Positions 26,296 through 34,169 of a stretch of 64,000 nucleotides of DNA are shown here, piece after piece. The DNA is from Bacteroidaceae bacterium. Lineage in GTDB: Bacteria > Bacteroidota > Bacteroidia > Bacteroidales > Bacteroidaceae. The DNA lies in contig JAFRNY010000054.1 in the NCBI GenBank assembly GCA_017429945.1, positions 28,451-92,450 of the forward strand. Reading direction: 5' to 3'. The position numbers and the translations under genes were made by a program. The first letter of the stretch is position 1, and each line of letters opens with the position of its first letter. Below the pieces are notes generated by a model. It had not been told where the DNA came from and made no database searches. It saw only the letters and a list, made by a program, of their open reading frames with translations.

Positions 26296-28440
26296 ATGGC
26301 AGAGAAAATTAAAAGCAGTAAAGTCGAGGCTAAGGCCACGACGAAGAAAAGCACTTCCACAAAGAAGGCTGAGACCAAGACTGCAAAAAAAGTTTCGACT
26401 GACACAAAAGCTACAGCCGAGCCCACGCCGGCGCTCAAGATCCTCAAGAACGACGAGTGGTTGCAGCCCTTTGCCGACGCCATCGTCGGGCGCCACAACT
26501 TCGTAGAAGCTAAACTGGCTGAACTCACTAACAACGGAGGACGCAAACTCTCGGACTTCGCCACAGGCTACCTCTACTATGGCCTACACCACGAGGACCG
26601 CAAATGGGTTCTGCGCGAATGGGCTCCCAACGCCACAGCCATCTATGTCATCGGCGACTTCAACAACTGGCAGGAAGAAAAAGCCTACGCCATGAAGCGC
26701 ATCAAAGGCACCGGCGACTGGGAACTGAAGACACCCGAGAAGAACATGAAGCATGGCGACCTCTTCAAACTCAAAATCTATTGGGACGGTGGCGAAGGCG
26801 AACGCATTCCAGCCTGGGCCACACGCGTAGTTCAGGACGAGCAGACGAAGATATTCTCGGCTCAAGTGTGGGCCCCGGAAGAGCAATATGCTTGGAAGAC
26901 AACCAAGTTTAAGCCCAACACCTCGCCGCTACTCATCTACGAGTGCCACATCGGTATGGCTCAGGACGCCGAGAAGATTGGCACCTACCGCGAGTTCCGC
27001 GAGAACATTCTTCCGCGCATTGCAGCCGACGGCTACAACTGCATACAGATTATGGCCATTCAGGAGCACCCTTACTACGGCTCCTTCGGCTACCACGTCT
27101 CAAGTTTCTTTGCTGCCAGCTCGCGCTTCGGCACGCCCGAAGAGCTCAAGGAGCTCATCGACGCCGCCCACGAGAAAGGCATCGCCGTAATCATGGACAT
27201 CGTGCACAGCCACGCCGTGAAGAACGAGAACGAAGGCCTCGGCAACTTCGCCGGCGACCCCAACCAGTATTTCTATCCCGGCGCACGCCACGAGCATCCG
27301 GCATGGGACAGCCTCTGCTTCGACTACGGCCGCAACGAGGTGCTCCACTTCCTGCTTTCCAACTGCAAATATTGGCTCGAGGAGTATCACTTCGACGGCT
27401 TCCGCTTCGACGGCGTGACTTCGATGCTCTACTACAGCCACGGCCTCGGCGATAACTTCCTCGACTATGGTGCCTACTACAACGGCAACGAGGATGACAA
27501 CGCCATCGCATACCTCACGCTGGCCAACCTGCTCATCCACGAGGTGAAGCCCAAGGCCATCACCATCGCCGAGGAAGTCTCCGGTATGCCCGGTCTGGCT
27601 ATGCCCTTCAAGGATGGCGGCTACGGCTTCGACTACCGCATGGCCATGAACATCCCTGACTACTGGATCAAGGTCATCAAGGAACAGCGCGATGAAGACT
27701 GGAAGCCCAGCTCGATGTTCTGGGAAGTCAAGAACCGCCGCGCCGACGAGAAGACCATCAGCTACTGCGAGAGTCACGATCAGGCACTCGTGGGCGACAA
27801 GACCATCATCTTCCGCCTCATCGATGCTGATATGTATTGGCACTTCAAGAAAGGCGACGAGAACTACAACGTAGAGCGCGGTATTGCCCTGCACAAGATG
27901 ATTCGCCTGCTCACCGCCTCGACGATGAACGGCGGCTACCTCAACTTCATGGGTAATGAATGGGGACATCCCGAATGGATTGATTTCCCGCGCGAGGAGA
28001 ACGGCTGGAGCTACAAGTATGCCCGCCGCCAGTGGAACCTCGTCGACAACAAGGAGCTCTGCTACCACTACCTCGGCGATTTCGACAAAGCTATGCTCAA
28101 GGTGCTGAAAATGCAGAAGGACTTTCAGAAGACGCCCGTCACCGAGATCATCACCAACGATGGCGACCAAGTATTCGCCTACCAGCGCGGCGACTTGCTC
28201 TTCGTGTTCAACTTCTCATACAACCGCAGCTACACGGGTTATGGTTTCCGCGTGCGCCAAGGCAGCTACAACGTTCTGCTCAACACCGATGACACAGCCT
28301 TCGGAGGCCATGGCCTCAACGACGACTCGCTGAGCCACCTCACAAACTTCGACCCCCTCCTGGCCCGCGAGAACAAGGGTTGGCTCAAGCTCTACCTGCC
28401 TGCGCGCTCAGCCGTGGTGCTGACGAGGAGCATAGATTAA
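26296..28440 (+). CDS. glgB: 1,4-alpha-glucan branching enzyme (GH13, eukaryote-like subfamily) with Lys-rich N-terminal extension
   Basis: HSHAVKNENEGL, FDGFRFDGVTSMLY, CESHDQALVGDK and NFMGNEWGHPEW catalytic-region motifs. Confidence 0.9.
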   Translation: MAEKIKSSKVEAKATTKKSTSTKKAETKTAKKVSTDTKATAEPTPALKILKNDEWLQPFADAIVGRHNFVEAKLAELTNNGGRKLSDFATGYLYYGLHHEDRKWVLREWAPNATAIYVIGDFNNWQEEKAYAMKRIKGTGDWELKTPEKNMKHGDLFKLKIYWDGGEGERIPAWATRVVQDEQTKIFSAQVWAPEEQYAWKTTKFKPNTSPLLIYECHIGMAQDAEKIGTYREFRENILPRIAADGYNCIQIMAIQEHPYYGSFGYHVSSFFAASSRFGTPEELKELIDAAHEKGIAVIMDIVHSHAVKNENEGLGNFAGDPNQYFYPGARHEHPAWDSLCFDYGRNEVLHFLLSNCKYWLEEYHFDGFRFDGVTSMLYYSHGLGDNFLDYGAYYNGNEDDNAIAYLTLANLLIHEVKPKAITIAEEVSGMPGLAMPFKDGGYGFDYRMAMNIPDYWIKVIKEQRDEDWKPSSMFWEVKNRRADEKTISYCESHDQALVGDKTIIFRLIDADMYWHFKKGDENYNVERGIALHKMIRLLTASTMNGGYLNFMGNEWGHPEWIDFPREENGWSYKYARRQWNLVDNKELCYHYLGDFDKAMLKVLKMQKDFQKTPVTEIITNDGDQVFAYQRGDLLFVFNFSYNRSYTGYGFRVRQGSYNVLLNTDDTAFGGHGLNDDSLSHLTNFDPLLARENKGWLKLYLPARSAVVLTRSID

Positions 28441-28480
28441 TGTCTGCTTAAGGGGAGTTATGTGACCTTCGGTCACGGAA

Positions 28481-28632
28481 GTTAAAGGGGAGTTAAAGGG
28501 AAGTTAAAGGGACGATACAATTGCCCGGTGATTTCATTCGCTGATAGCAACCTGCTATACTATTGTCCTTTTAACTTCCCTTTATCTCCCCTTTAACTTC
28601 CCTTTAACTCCCCTTCAATTCCCCTTTAACTC
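28481..28632. repeat. inverted arrays of an 11-nt word: (GTTAAAGGGGA)x3 ... (TCCCCTTTAAC)x6
   Basis: Left arm 28481-28513, right arm 28566-28632, with a ~50-nt unique centre. A small hairpin GTGACCTTCGGTCAC lies at 28463-28477. Confidence 0.9.
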
Positions 28633-28642
28633 AATATATAAC

Positions 28643-28680
28643 AGCCTGCTACTGAGCACAGTAGCAGGCTTTCTCTTTTC
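28643..28680 (+). terminator. intrinsic terminator downstream of glgB
   Basis: AGCCTGCTACT-GAGCAC-AGTAGCAGGCT followed by TTCTCTTTTC. Confidence 0.8.
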
Positions 28681-28741
28681 CTATAGGGAAATTCCCTTCG
28701 CGTTTAGGTGAAATCCTTTTGTATGGCAATGAAAAAGGTCG

Positions 28742-28749
28742 TACCTTTG
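28742..28749 (+). promoter_or_regulatory. -7 box TACCTTTG for the R/S/G-rich protein gene
   Basis: TAnnTTTG, 50 nt upstream of ATG 28799. Confidence 0.5.
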
Positions 28750-28798
28750 CAGCGAGATAAACAAAAGAATTGTATTAACCTATTAAAGACATACAACT

Positions 28799-29944
28799 AT
28801 GAAAAAGATCTTATGTTCACTCGCAATGGTTTTCGGCTGCGTCCTTTCTGCAGCAGCCATGAGCTACGAAGAGGCCCGCGAGCAGGCTCTCTTCCTCACC
28901 GACAAGATGGCCTACGAGCTCAACCTCAACGACGAGCAGTATGAGTACTGCTACGAGATCAATCTCGACTACCTGATGAGCGTGGAGACTGCCGACGATG
29001 TCTATGGCGCTTACCTGAGCTATCGCAACGCCGACCTGCGCCACATACTCTTCGACTGGCAGTACACCATCTTCGCAGCCACCGACTATTTCTTCCACCC
29101 GCTGCTCTGGCACCGCGGTGTATGGACCTTCCCCATCTATCGCCACTACACCTACGGCCACTTCTTCTACCATCGTCCCCACGTCTACATAAGCTATCGC
29201 GGCGGACACGGGCGCCACTTCTTCGGAGCCGGCTACTATGGCAGCCGTCGTCCTCACTGGAGCGGAGGCCTGCGTGGCCACGACCGCGGCCCGGTGGCTC
29301 ACCGCGGCGACTTCGGCAGGGGCAGACACGACTCCTACGGTCACACCCGCAGCGGCCGCAATGGCTCCATCGGTCACACCCGCAGCGGCCACAATGGTTC
29401 CATCGGTCACACCCGCAGCGGCCACAGCGACAACCGTTCGGGCTACAGCATCGGGAGCTCACGCAGCAACGACGACGCCTACGGCCTGGGCAGCCGCTCA
29501 ACCGGCAACCGCACAGGCAGCTTCGGCAGCGACAACCACTCCCGCACTTCCATTGACCACTCACGTTCTACTATCGGTAACACACGCTCCTCGTCGCTCG
29601 ACTCTCGCTCAACAGTCGGCAGCGGTCGCTCCGTGAGCAATGACTCCCGCTCGACAGTCGGCAGCAGCCGCTCCATGAACAACGACGCCCGCACGGGCAG
29701 CTTCTCGCGCGGCAGCAGCAGCTCCTACAACCATCCCAGCTCCACGCGCAGCTTCAGCGGCGCCAGCCGTGGCTCAGTAGCAACTCGTTCGTCAAGCTCT
29801 ATGGGCGGCTCACGTGGCGGAGCATCAATGGGCTCGCGCAGCGGAGCATCGATGGGCGGTTCACGCGGAGGCTCCATGGGCAGCTCGCGTGGCAGCGGCT
29901 CTATGGGCGGCTCGCGCGGCGGTCACAGCGGTCGCGGCCGATAG
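28799..29944 (+). CDS. secreted or lipoprotein with Tyr/His-rich N-terminal domain and ~250-aa Arg/Ser/Gly-rich disordered tail
   Basis: Signal peptide (SLAMVFGCVLSAAA). Tandem HTRSG(R/H)NGSIG units and SRGG(A)SMG units. A TACCTTTG -7 box lies 50 nt upstream. Confidence 0.6.
   Translation: MKKILCSLAMVFGCVLSAAAMSYEEAREQALFLTDKMAYELNLNDEQYEYCYEINLDYLMSVETADDVYGAYLSYRNADLRHILFDWQYTIFAATDYFFHPLLWHRGVWTFPIYRHYTYGHFFYHRPHVYISYRGGHGRHFFGAGYYGSRRPHWSGGLRGHDRGPVAHRGDFGRGRHDSYGHTRSGRNGSIGHTRSGHNGSIGHTRSGHSDNRSGYSIGSSRSNDDAYGLGSRSTGNRTGSFGSDNHSRTSIDHSRSTIGNTRSSSLDSRSTVGSGRSVSNDSRSTVGSSRSMNNDARTGSFSRGSSSSYNHPSSTRSFSGASRGSVATRSSSSMGGSRGGASMGSRSGASMGGSRGGSMGSSRGSGSMGGSRGGHSGRGR
29339..29428 (+). repeat. 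33-nt in-frame tandem repeat x2.7 (GHTRSG(R/H)NGSI units)
   Basis: GGTCACACCCGCAGCGGCC(G/A)CAATGG(C/T)TCCATC repeated. Confidence 0.9.
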
Positions 29945-30479
29945 TCATCAGCCACAAGCAGGCATCGTGATACTCGGTGCCATCAAACAGCCAGTCGCAC
30001 AAATGGGCAGAGGGCGTAAAGCCAGCCAGCTCAAAAATGCGGCTGGCTTTTTTATTGTCCGTGGCAATGATGGCATAAATTGTGTGAAGATGAATGGCGG
30101 CGGCATAATCTACGAGCTGCGCCAAGGCGCGATGCCCGATACCGCGACCCTCATAGCCCGACAGCAGCGCCATGCCCAGTTCGGCACGGTTGTGCAGGGG
30201 GTCGAAATCGTTTAGGTCAACGAAGCCCACAGCCGTCCATCGGCTGTCGTCAGCCGCCGACGCCGTCTCTCGCAACCTGACGTCGACGGTCAGCCGCACC
30301 TGCTTGTCGGCAAAGATGTCGGCCGTGTTTTGCTCGAGGAACTGCTTGAGAGCGAAGCGCGAGTAAGGCGCGCTCGTGCTGCCATATTGCCACAGCCGCA
30401 CGTCGTTCTCGAGATTGTAGGCCAGCTCCAGGTCTTCAGGTTCGGCTGCGCGGAGCCGGACGTCATTCGAAGCAATCAT
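29901..30479 (-). CDS. GNAT-family N-acetyltransferase (RimJ/RimL-like)
   Basis: LRAAEPEDLE.. N-terminus and acetyl-CoA loop GYEGRGIGHRAL. Its 3' end overlaps the convergent gene by 44 nt. Confidence 0.8.
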   Translation of the reverse strand: MIASNDVRLRAAEPEDLELAYNLENDVRLWQYGSTSAPYSRFALKQFLEQNTADIFADKQVRLTVDVRLRETASAADDSRWTAVGFVDLNDFDPLHNRAELGMALLSGYEGRGIGHRALAQLVDYAAAIHLHTIYAIIATDNKKASRIFELAGFTPSAHLCDWLFDGTEYHDACLWLMTIGRDRCDRRASRP

Positions 30480-31638
30480 TGGGCAGTATCAGGGTTTTAT
30501 GTTTCAGGGAATAGGTCCCGAGGTGCAGCTTCAGGCCCCAGGCCGCGCACTCGCGCAACATCTCTATCGCACGCGTGTAGCTCTCGCTGTCGGTGTCGGT
30601 CTCTACGGTCAGATAGAGAGCTTTGCCCGTATGCTTGTCGGCAGCCACGGCATCGATGTCGGCACAGCGATAGGCCTTCAGCCGTTTGCGACGGCATATC
30701 TCGCTCACGGCCTCCCAGGCGGCATCGCTGCCTACGAACATCAGCCCTTCGTGAGGCGTGCCGGGCATTACCCACACTTGCAGCCGACGCCCGAACTTGG
30801 CCAGCATCACCAGAGCGCCGCAGATATAGACGGCCAGCTTCACCAGCCACGACAGGCCACGGTACTTCCGACTCAAGTTCTTGTTGAAGAAGATGAGCAT
30901 AGCGTTGTAGAAATTATAGACATAACGCATGCTCGTCAGCTTCGTAGATTCACCTTTGTAGTGGAGTATGGGCGACGGCATATACCAATTCTGCCATCCC
31001 TGCTGCAGGATGCGGTAGCTGAGGTCGATGTCCTCGCCGTACATGAAATAGTCTTCGTCGAGCAGTCCCGCCTCGTCGAGCGTCTGCCGGCGTATCATCA
31101 TGAATGCGCCGGAGATAATCTCTATCTGCGAGGCATCAGAGGCATCGAGGTACTGCATATAATATTTGCCAAACCGGCGGCTGCGCGGGAACAGCCAACA
31201 GAGGCCCGACATCTTGTAGAACGCCGTGGCCGGAGTAGGTATGCCGCGGCGCGACTCCAAAGCGAAGGTTCCGTCGTGGTTGATCATCATCGTGCCGAGA
31301 GCTCCGGCCTTGGGCTCACGGGCCATAAGATCCAAGGCATCGTGGAGAGTGGACTTCGAGAGAATAGTGTCGGGGTTAAGCAACAGGATGAAGTCGCTCT
31401 GTGCCTTGCATATCGCGGCATTGTTGGCCCTCGAGAAACCTACGTTGGCCTTGTTCTCAATGAGTTGCACCCAAGGAAACGCACGGCGGACATACTCCAC
31501 CGAGTCGTCCTCGCTGGCATTGTCGACGACCCACACCTCTGCGTCGATGCCTTCGATGGCTGCTGCCACACTCTCAAGGCACTGCGCCAGATAAGGCCGT
31601 ACGTTATAACTAACTATTACTATTGATAGTTGCATCAT
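30463..31638 (-). CDS. family 2 glycosyltransferase
   Basis: LSIVIVSYNVRPYLAQCLESV..VVDNASEDDS..LLNPDT..EDIDL motifs (GT-A fold with DxD). Confidence 0.85.
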   Translation of the reverse strand: MMQLSIVIVSYNVRPYLAQCLESVAAAIEGIDAEVWVVDNASEDDSVEYVRRAFPWVQLIENKANVGFSRANNAAICKAQSDFILLLNPDTILSKSTLHDALDLMAREPKAGALGTMMINHDGTFALESRRGIPTPATAFYKMSGLCWLFPRSRRFGKYYMQYLDASDASQIEIISGAFMMIRRQTLDEAGLLDEDYFMYGEDIDLSYRILQQGWQNWYMPSPILHYKGESTKLTSMRYVYNFYNAMLIFFNKNLSRKYRGLSWLVKLAVYICGALVMLAKFGRRLQVWVMPGTPHEGLMFVGSDAAWEAVSEICRRKRLKAYRCADIDAVAADKHTGKALYLTVETDTDSESYTRAIEMLRECAAWGLKLHLGTYSLKHKTLILPNDCFE

Positions 31639-31686
31639 TCATTCTTCATTCTTCATTCTTCACTCTTCATTCTTCACTCTTCATTC
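31636..31686 (-). repeat. heptamer repeat (AAGAATG / AAGAGTG on the minus strand) filling the spacer between the membrane-protein gene and GT2
   Basis: The plus strand reads CATTC ATTCTTC x3 ACTCTTC ATTCTTC ACTCTTC ATTC. It spans from stop codon to start codon. Confidence 0.9.
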
Positions 31687-32171
31687 TATAACCGCGAGCC
31701 TTGCGGCCAGATAAAAGCGTAGCCCACCAGCACCATGAGTGCCATATAGGCGAATGTTGGTTCGGTGCCAAACAGATAGTAGCAGACGACATTCAGGCAC
31801 AGCGGCACGAAAAGCACCGCTATGCGGCAGATAGCCGACAGGCGGCTCTCCCCCACTCCATTCACGGCTTCTCCATCTCCGCGGCTCTCAGCGCCTTCGC
31901 CAAGGACCTCGATGCCTTCGCTATCGCTCTCGATGCCTTCGCGGCCATTCTCGCAGGCTGTGAAAAACTTATCTACGACAGCTATCTTGCGCCACTTCAG
32001 CGCCAGCGGCAAAGAGGCCAACGTCAGCGCCACGCAGACAATCTGCGCCCAATATTCTGCGGCGCTGCCTACTTGCAGCACGCCTTCGGGCAGAAGCCCA
32101 AACTCAAAAGCGCACGCCATGATGCCCGCGACCACTATCGAGACAATATATATAATTCTACTTCCAGTCAT
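31686..32171 (-). CDS. hypothetical membrane protein with acidic insert
   Basis: Four hydrophobic helices. Central EGIESDSEGIEVLGEGAESRGDGE loop. Upstream of GT2 in the same orientation. Confidence 0.5.
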   Translation of the reverse strand: MTGSRIIYIVSIVVAGIMACAFEFGLLPEGVLQVGSAAEYWAQIVCVALTLASLPLALKWRKIAVVDKFFTACENGREGIESDSEGIEVLGEGAESRGDGEAVNGVGESRLSAICRIAVLFVPLCLNVVCYYLFGTEPTFAYMALMVLVGYAFIWPQGSRL

Positions 32172-32247
32172 TCTAGAAAAATTAAAGAATTAAAAAATTA
32201 TAGAATTAAAGACCAATCCTTAATTGAACTTTGAACTTTGTCAACTT

Positions 32248-32853
32248 TCAATTTCCAAACGGTCTTCGGTCCACAATACTTCGCCCGAGCGTCACCTCGT
32301 CGGTATAGTGGAGCGCCTCGTTCTGTGCCACACCACGTGCTATCGTCGTCACCTTCACCGACGTATGTGCCAGCTTGCGGAAGATGTAGAAGCACGTAGT
32401 GTCGCCCTCCATCGTGGGACTCAGCGCGAAGATCACCTCGTTGATACCGCCGGCCTCCACGCGCTCGACCAGCGAGTCGATCTCGAGGTCCGAAGGGCCG
32501 ATGCCGTCGATGGGCGAGATGATTCCGCCCAGCACGTGATAGACGCCGCTGAAGCTGCTCGTGGCCTCAATGGCCATCACGTCCTCCACGCTCTCCACTA
32601 CGCACACCACGCTGTGGTCGCGCGAGGCCGAACGGCAGATCTCGCACTCCTCGCCGTCGCAGATATTATGGCACACGCGGCAATAGCGCACGTTGGCCAC
32701 CAGCTCGCTCAGGCTCGAGGCCAGCGCCTCGACGTCGGCGCGTGGGCGCCGGAGCATGTGCAGCACCAGGCGCATAGCTGTCTTGCGCCCGATGCCGGGC
32801 AGACTCGACATCTGCCCCACTGCCCTCTCAAAGAATACCGATGGAATTTCCAT
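32248..32853 (-). CDS. recR: recombination protein RecR
   Basis: HhH N-terminus ([12 protein letters not shown]), C4 zinc finger ([16 protein letters not shown]) and Toprim segment ([14 protein letters not shown]). Confidence 0.93.
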   Translation of the reverse strand: MEIPSVFFERAVGQMSSLPGIGRKTAMRLVLHMLRRPRADVEALASSLSELVANVRYCRVCHNICDGEECEICRSASRDHSVVCVVESVEDVMAIEATSSFSGVYHVLGGIISPIDGIGPSDLEIDSLVERVEAGGINEVIFALSPTMEGDTTCFYIFRKLAHTSVKVTTIARGVAQNEALHYTDEVTLGRSIVDRRPFGN

Positions 32854-32861
32854 ATTGCCTG

Positions 32862-32869
32862 CAAAGGTA
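32862..32869 (-). promoter_or_regulatory. -7 box TACCTTTG very close to the recR start
   Basis: TAnnTTTG only 9 nt from ATG 32853, implying a near-leaderless mRNA if it is used. Confidence 0.35.
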
Positions 32870-32870
32870 G

Positions 32871-32888
32871 TAAAAGATTAGGGATTAG
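32871..32888 (+). repeat. 18-bp direct repeat TAAAAGATTAGGGATTAG, left copy
   Basis: Identical 18-mer at 39648..39665. Embedded in GATTAGRG word repeats (32876-32902). Confidence 0.9.
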
Positions 32889-32957
32889 GGGGTAGAGATT
32901 AGTGTTTTTTTTCCAATAAAGAGAAAAAAAGAATGAAAACGCCTCACCCGACCAGTC

Positions 32958-33177
32958 GCTAACGCCTATCCGACCGGTCGCATAGCTTCATTCAACCGGC
33001 CGCATCGCCTCATTCAATAGGCCGCATCGTCACATTCAATAGGTCGCATCGTCACATTCGATAGGCCGCATCGTCACATCCGATAGGCCGCATGGCCCAA
33101 CACGCCCTACCGCATAGCCTCATTCGCCCAGCCGCATTGCCTCATTCGCCCGGCCGCATAGCTCCACTCCCCCCTTC
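32958..33177. repeat. 22-bp tandem direct repeats, ~10 units (consensus GCATCGTCACATTCAATAGGCC, degenerate at both ends)
   Basis: Units start every 22 nt from 32958. Four central units are near-identical. Confidence 0.9.
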
Positions 33178-33197
33178 TTCCCCCCTCGAATTCCCCC

Positions 33198-33254
33198 ATT
33201 TTTCAAAAGTTTTTCAAAAAAGGGTTCATCTTACATTGTAAACAACTGATAATC
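33198..33254 (+). repeat. 57-bp inverted-repeat arm L (TTTTTCAAAAGTTTTTCAAAAAAGGGTTCATCTTACATTGTAA...)
   Basis: The reverse complement of 33520..33576 matches at roughly 85 percent by eye. Confidence 0.85.
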
Positions 33255-33304
33255 AATACCAGCGTTTTTAAAACACTCTATATACTATTCTTGAGGTGTA
33301 AATT

Positions 33305-33414
33305 TGCCAAAACCCTTGTAACTTATTGCCAAAACTCTCGTAACTTATTGCCAAAACCCTTGTAACTTATTGCCAAAACTCTTAAGACAATTTGTCAAAC
33401 CCCTTATAACAACC
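33305..33414. repeat. 22-bp tandem direct repeats x5 (TGCCAAAACCCTTGTAACTTAT)
   Basis: Units at 33305, 33327, 33349, 33371 and 33393. The last two are degenerate. Confidence 0.9.
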
Positions 33415-33439
33415 AAAACACGTTCAAACCTCTACAAAA

Positions 33440-33501
33440 AATGACATGTGACATAGAAATAAAACAAAATTTTTTGTTTCGTTTCTATCGCACATGTCAT
33501 T
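33440..33501. repeat. 62-nt AT-rich near-perfect palindrome
   Basis: AATGACATGTGACATAGAAATAAAACAAAATTTTTTGTTTCGTTTCTATCGCACATGTCATT. The outer stem is 11 + 7 bp with 2 mismatches, and an inner AAACAAAA/TTTTGTTT stem is present. Confidence 0.85.
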
Positions 33502-33519
33502 CACAGGGAATGCCAATAT

Positions 33520-33610
33520 TGAATATCAGTCACTTACGATGTAAGATGAACCCTTTTTCAAAAAACTTTTCAAAAACGTCTGCGCCAAGATAATGATCAT
33601 CGATTCTTGT
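33520..33610 (+). repeat. inverted-repeat arm R plus ~35 nt extension shared with 38481..38570
   Basis: ..CACTTACGATGTAAGATGAACCCTTTTTCAAAAAACTTTTCAAAAACGTCTGCGCCAAGATAATGATCATCGATTCTT.. A direct copy lies 5 kb to the right. Confidence 0.85.
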
Positions 33611-33650
33611 AAGGCCAATTATCAATTATACATAATCAATTCTCCATTGT

Positions 33651-34025
33651 TCACAAGACAGCGGCATATTGACGTATGCGGTCGAGACGCTGCATAAACG
33701 ATTTGTCCTGCCGCACCTTTTGCATATTATAGTCTGCCTGAAGGTGCAGCCAGATAGAGGCACTTGCGCCTAACGAAGCTTCAAGCAGCAATGCATATTC
33801 AGTCGTTACTGGACGCTTCCCGTTAACAATCTCATTGAAGACCGTATATGAAACACCCATCTTCTAAGCCAGCTCCTTCTGTGTGATGCCGCGAGCCTCA
33901 AGTTCATCCTTGATCATCTCACTGGGGTGAATCAGAAGCGACCGATGTCCCCTCAGGAATCTATTCAATTTTTCTTCAGCCCTAACTGATGAAAGTACGG
34001 GTAGGACAAAACTCTTAACTTGCAT
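33651..34025 (-). pseudogene. HigA-type HTH antitoxin gene interrupted by an in-frame TAG; no toxin partner
   Basis: The minus strand reads ..LIHPSEMIKDELEARGITQKELA-TAG-KMGVSYTVFNEIVNGKRPVTTEYALLLEASLG.. in a single frame. The stop is at 33864..33866 inside the HTH. Only the 3' piece (33651..33860) appears in the ORF track. Confidence 0.7.
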
Positions 34026-34169
34026 ACATTTCTATTTATTATCGACCGCGCTTCGCGCGGATTAGTTTTCCTTGCGGTCTTCTCTCGTCAGTGCTCTTTG
34101 CAGCCCTTTTATTTGGGCTGCTTTTTGAGCACTGATGAGACAAGAACCGAATGTTTTTTGAGGGAAGAA

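Noticed and set aside
28817-29694. Several 130-200-aa ORFs on both strands overlapping 28799-29944
   Set aside because: The repetitive R/S/G-coding DNA leaves all frames open. Only the frame starting at 28799 has a promoter box, a signal peptide and a non-repetitive N-terminal domain.
32958-33414. Possible CRISPR arrays (also 16321-16473), because of regularly spaced repeats
   Set aside because: The units are contiguous 22-mers with no unique spacers, or have a 9-bp core with 13-nt gaps. Both are far below CRISPR repeat and spacer sizes. No cas genes are present in the window.
33441-33593. ~50-codon ORF (MTCDIEIKQNFLF...) inside the inverted-repeat-bounded module
   Set aside because: It is read straight through the 62-nt palindrome and arm R. 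It has a low-complexity product and no start context, so it is probably accidental.
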